IMG/VR virus record: IMGVR_UViG_2579778989_000013
Source of the DNA: a virus
Lineage: Duplodnaviria > Heunggongvirae > Uroviricota > Caudoviricetes
Strand: one strand, 5' to 3'
DNA length: 27,028 nt
The notes under the pieces are model-generated. The model saw only the letters and a list, made by a program, of their open reading frames with translations, was not told the origin of the DNA and did not search any database. Shown one piece after another: positions 24,627 to 27,028 of the stretch (position 1 is its first letter; every line of letters starts with the position of its first letter). A program made the position numbers and the translations under genes.

Positions 24627-25300
24627 CACCGGACATTATCCTGCAACGTACAGGGATCGACGTGAGAGCTGTCGAACAGGGGGATGATGCGTGGCACAAA
24701 TTACGGCTCGGCGTCATCACCGCTTCAGAAGTTCACAACGTGATAGCAAAACCCCGCTCAGGAAAGAAATGGCCTGACATGAAAATGTCCTACTTCCACA
24801 CCCTGCTGGCTGAGGTTTGCACCGGTGTGGCTCCGGAAGTTAACGCTAAAGCGCTGGCCTGGGGAAAACAGTACGAGAACGACGCCAGAGCCCTCTTTGA
24901 GTTCACTTCCGGCGTGAATGTTACTGAATCCCCGATCATCTATCGCGACGAAAGTATGCGCACCGCTTGCTCTCCCGATGGTTTATGCAGTGACGGCAAC
25001 GGCCTTGAACTGAAATGCCCGTTTACCTCCCGGGATTTCATGAAATTCCGGCTCGGTGGTTTCGAGGCCATAAAGTCGGCTTACATGGCCCAGGTGCAGT
25101 ACAGCATGTGGGTGACACGAAAAGATGCCTGGTACTTTGCCAACTATGACCCGCGTATGAAGCGTGAAGGACTGCATTATGTCGTGGTCGAACGGGATGA
25201 AAAATACATGGCTGGTTTTGACGAAATGGTGCCAGAGTTCATCGAAAAAATGGACGAGGCACTGGCTGAAATTGGTTTTGTATTTGGGGAGCAATGGTGA
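24623..25300 (+). CDS. exo: lambda-type exonuclease (Red alpha / Exo)
   Basis: Translation [65 protein letters not shown]... matches lambda Exo; ATGA overlap with bet. Confidence 0.95.
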   Translation: MTPDIILQRTGIDVRAVEQGDDAWHKLRLGVITASEVHNVIAKPRSGKKWPDMKMSYFHTLLAEVCTGVAPEVNAKALAWGKQYENDARALFEFTSGVNVTESPIIYRDESMRTACSPDGLCSDGNGLELKCPFTSRDFMKFRLGGFEAIKSAYMAQVQYSMWVTRKDAWYFANYDPRMKREGLHYVVVERDEKYMAGFDEMVPEFIEKMDEALAEIGFVFGEQW

Positions 25301-25351
25301 TAGCCAGTAGCAACGAGGTGCAAATGATATGACAATTAAGGAATACTACAG

Positions 25352-25603
25352 GTGTTCGTTCTAATCCAGCGCGGGCAGTCTTTCGTCGATGCCAACAACT
25401 ATCCGGTTGAAGTCTGCAAAATCACTCTGACGCAGGTAATCTTCCGCAGGCTGGATGGGAGAACCAGAGCCGCTTCAATTAGCGCATTTAATGCAGAATT
25501 TGAGCGAATCGATCACAACGAACTACACATGATTAAAGCAGAAATTGAGAAGGAAAAGCATATTGCCAGCCTTCGAAAAATGCGCCGCATATCAATCAAC
25601 TGA
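25352..25603 (+). CDS. hypothetical protein between exo and xis (GTG start)
   Basis: Track ORF only; no RBS or motif support. Confidence 0.25.
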   Translation: MFVLIQRGQSFVDANNYPVEVCKITLTQVIFRRLDGRTRAASISAFNAEFERIDHNELHMIKAEIEKEKHIASLRKMRRISIN

Positions 25604-25637
25604 CAACCGCCTTCGGGTGGTTTTTAATGGCGAAAAT

Positions 25638-26009
25638 ATGGATTCACACAGTATCACCCTCAAAGAGGCCTGTAAGTTTCTCAAGATATCAAGGCCAACA
25701 GCTGTTAACTGGATACGAACGGGCCGACTACAGGCAACCCGAAAAAATTCTTCCGGTAAAAGATCACCTTATCTCACAACCCGGCAAGCCTGCATTGCAG
25801 CACTTCATTCACCGCTGCATACTGTCCAGGTGAGCGCGGGTGATGGCATAACAGAGGAAAGAAAATGTCACTCTTCCGCAGAGGTGAAATATGGTACGCC
25901 TCGTACTCGCTCCCGGGCGGGAAGCGAATTAAGGAGTCTCTTGGCACAAAGGACAAGCGGCAAGCTCAGGAGTTGCACGACAAGCGAAAAGCAGAACTCT
26001 GGCGAGTAG
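25638..26009 (+). CDS. xis: excisionase (AlpA/Xis-like HTH); reading frame overlaps int by about 145 nt
   Basis: ATG at 25638 inside track ORF 25545..26009; [31 protein letters not shown] typical of AlpA-type excisionases. True C-terminus uncertain. Confidence 0.5.
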   Translation: MDSHSITLKEACKFLKISRPTAVNWIRTGRLQATRKNSSGKRSPYLTTRQACIAALHSPLHTVQVSAGDGITEERKCHSSAEVKYGTPRTRSRAGSELRSLLAQRTSGKLRSCTTSEKQNSGE

Positions 26010-27028
26010 ACAGACTGGGGGATATGCCAGATGTCACTTTCGAAGAAGCCTGCCTGAGATGGCTTGAGGAAAAAGCCGACAAGAAATCCATCGATTCCGA
26101 TAAATCCAGAATCGCATTCTGGATTGAGCATTTCGAGGGAATAAGGATTAAGGATATATCGGAGGCAATGATCTACTCAGTTATCAGCAAAGCGTATAAC
26201 CGAAAAACAAAGGAGAGATGGAAGTTGCAGGTGGAGGCTGCATTAAGAAAAGGGAAAGAACCACCAGCCTATATACCTAAATCGGTGAGCACGCAAACAA
26301 AAGCAACACACCTGGCAATGATCAAGGCTATTCTGCGCGCCGCAGAGCGAGACTGGAAATGGCTTGAAAAAGCACCTGTAATCAAAATCCCTGCCGTAAA
26401 AAACAAACGCGTGAGATGGCTGGAAAAAGAAGAAGCCAGGAGACTCATTGATGCATGTTCTGATCCCCTGAAATCTGTAGTTAAATTTGCACTGGCAACT
26501 GGCCTGAGGAGATCAAACATTATTAATCTGGAGTGGCAACAAATCGATATGCAGCGACGTGTTGCCTGGGTAAACCCTGAAGACAGTAAGTCAAACCGCG
26601 CTATTGGGGTCGCACTGAATGACACTGCCTGCAAGGTGTTGCGTGATCAAATAGGCAAACATCACCGCTGGGTGTTTGTTTATACCACTGCTGCCAGAAG
26701 GCCTGACGGGACAATGACACCAAGCATCAGAAAGATGCGCCTGGACTATAACACATCGTGGTTAACAGCATGTCGTCGGGCAGGAATTGAAAATTTCCGT
26801 TTTCATGACCTCCGCCATACCTGGGCCAGTTGGTTAATTCAGTCAGGTGTACCACTGTCAGTACTTCAGGAAATGGGCGGCTGGGAGTCTATCGAAATGG
26901 TGCGTAGGTACGCACACCTTGCACCTAATCATTTGACAGAGCACGCGAGGAAAATTGACGACATATTGGGTGACGATGTCCCAAATTTGTCCCACCCTGA
27001 GGTTTTTGAGGATGCAAAGAAAGCATAA
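25865..27028 (+). CDS. int: tyrosine-type site-specific integrase (phage integrase family), 387 aa
   Basis: RBS GAGGAAAG; catalytic region motifs ...LRRSN..., [11 protein letters not shown], ...VRRYAHL (R...HxxR...Y); stop codon is the last codon of the window. Confidence 0.9.
   Translation: MSLFRRGEIWYASYSLPGGKRIKESLGTKDKRQAQELHDKRKAELWRVDRLGDMPDVTFEEACLRWLEEKADKKSIDSDKSRIAFWIEHFEGIRIKDISEAMIYSVISKAYNRKTKERWKLQVEAALRKGKEPPAYIPKSVSTQTKATHLAMIKAILRAAERDWKWLEKAPVIKIPAVKNKRVRWLEKEEARRLIDACSDPLKSVVKFALATGLRRSNIINLEWQQIDMQRRVAWVNPEDSKSNRAIGVALNDTACKVLRDQIGKHHRWVFVYTTAARRPDGTMTPSIRKMRLDYNTSWLTACRRAGIENFRFHDLRHTWASWLIQSGVPLSVLQEMGGWESIEMVRRYAHLAPNHLTEHARKIDDILGDDVPNLSHPEVFEDAKKA

Overview
This 27 kb window is a lambdoid (H-19B/933W-like) prophage that looks defective. 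Annotations rest on reading the sequence and the supplied ORF track, with family assignments from recalled protein motifs; no database search was run. The minus strand carries the rightward operon: cro, cII, a replication initiator and DnaC-like loader, nin-region genes (NinB, NinE, YbcO-like, RusA), antiterminator Q, a NanS-p-like esterase, a pinholin, a truncated endolysin, and a collagen-like tail fiber that runs off the window start. The plus strand carries the leftward operon: a cI-like repressor, N, gam-bet-exo, xis and int, ending at the int stop codon at 27028. The most interesting locus is a three-gene block between cI and pL (15978-18080), in the position of lambda rexAB, encoding a complete Hanks-type protein kinase coupled to an unknown 153-aa partner. 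Other notable points are a cluster of three toxin-antitoxin modules (one toxin frameshifted), a 690-aa acidic protein coupled to gam, a DicF-like terminator element before a Kil-like gene, and a deletion that fuses the lysis cassette to the tail-fiber gene. No rRNA, tRNA or CRISPR array was found.
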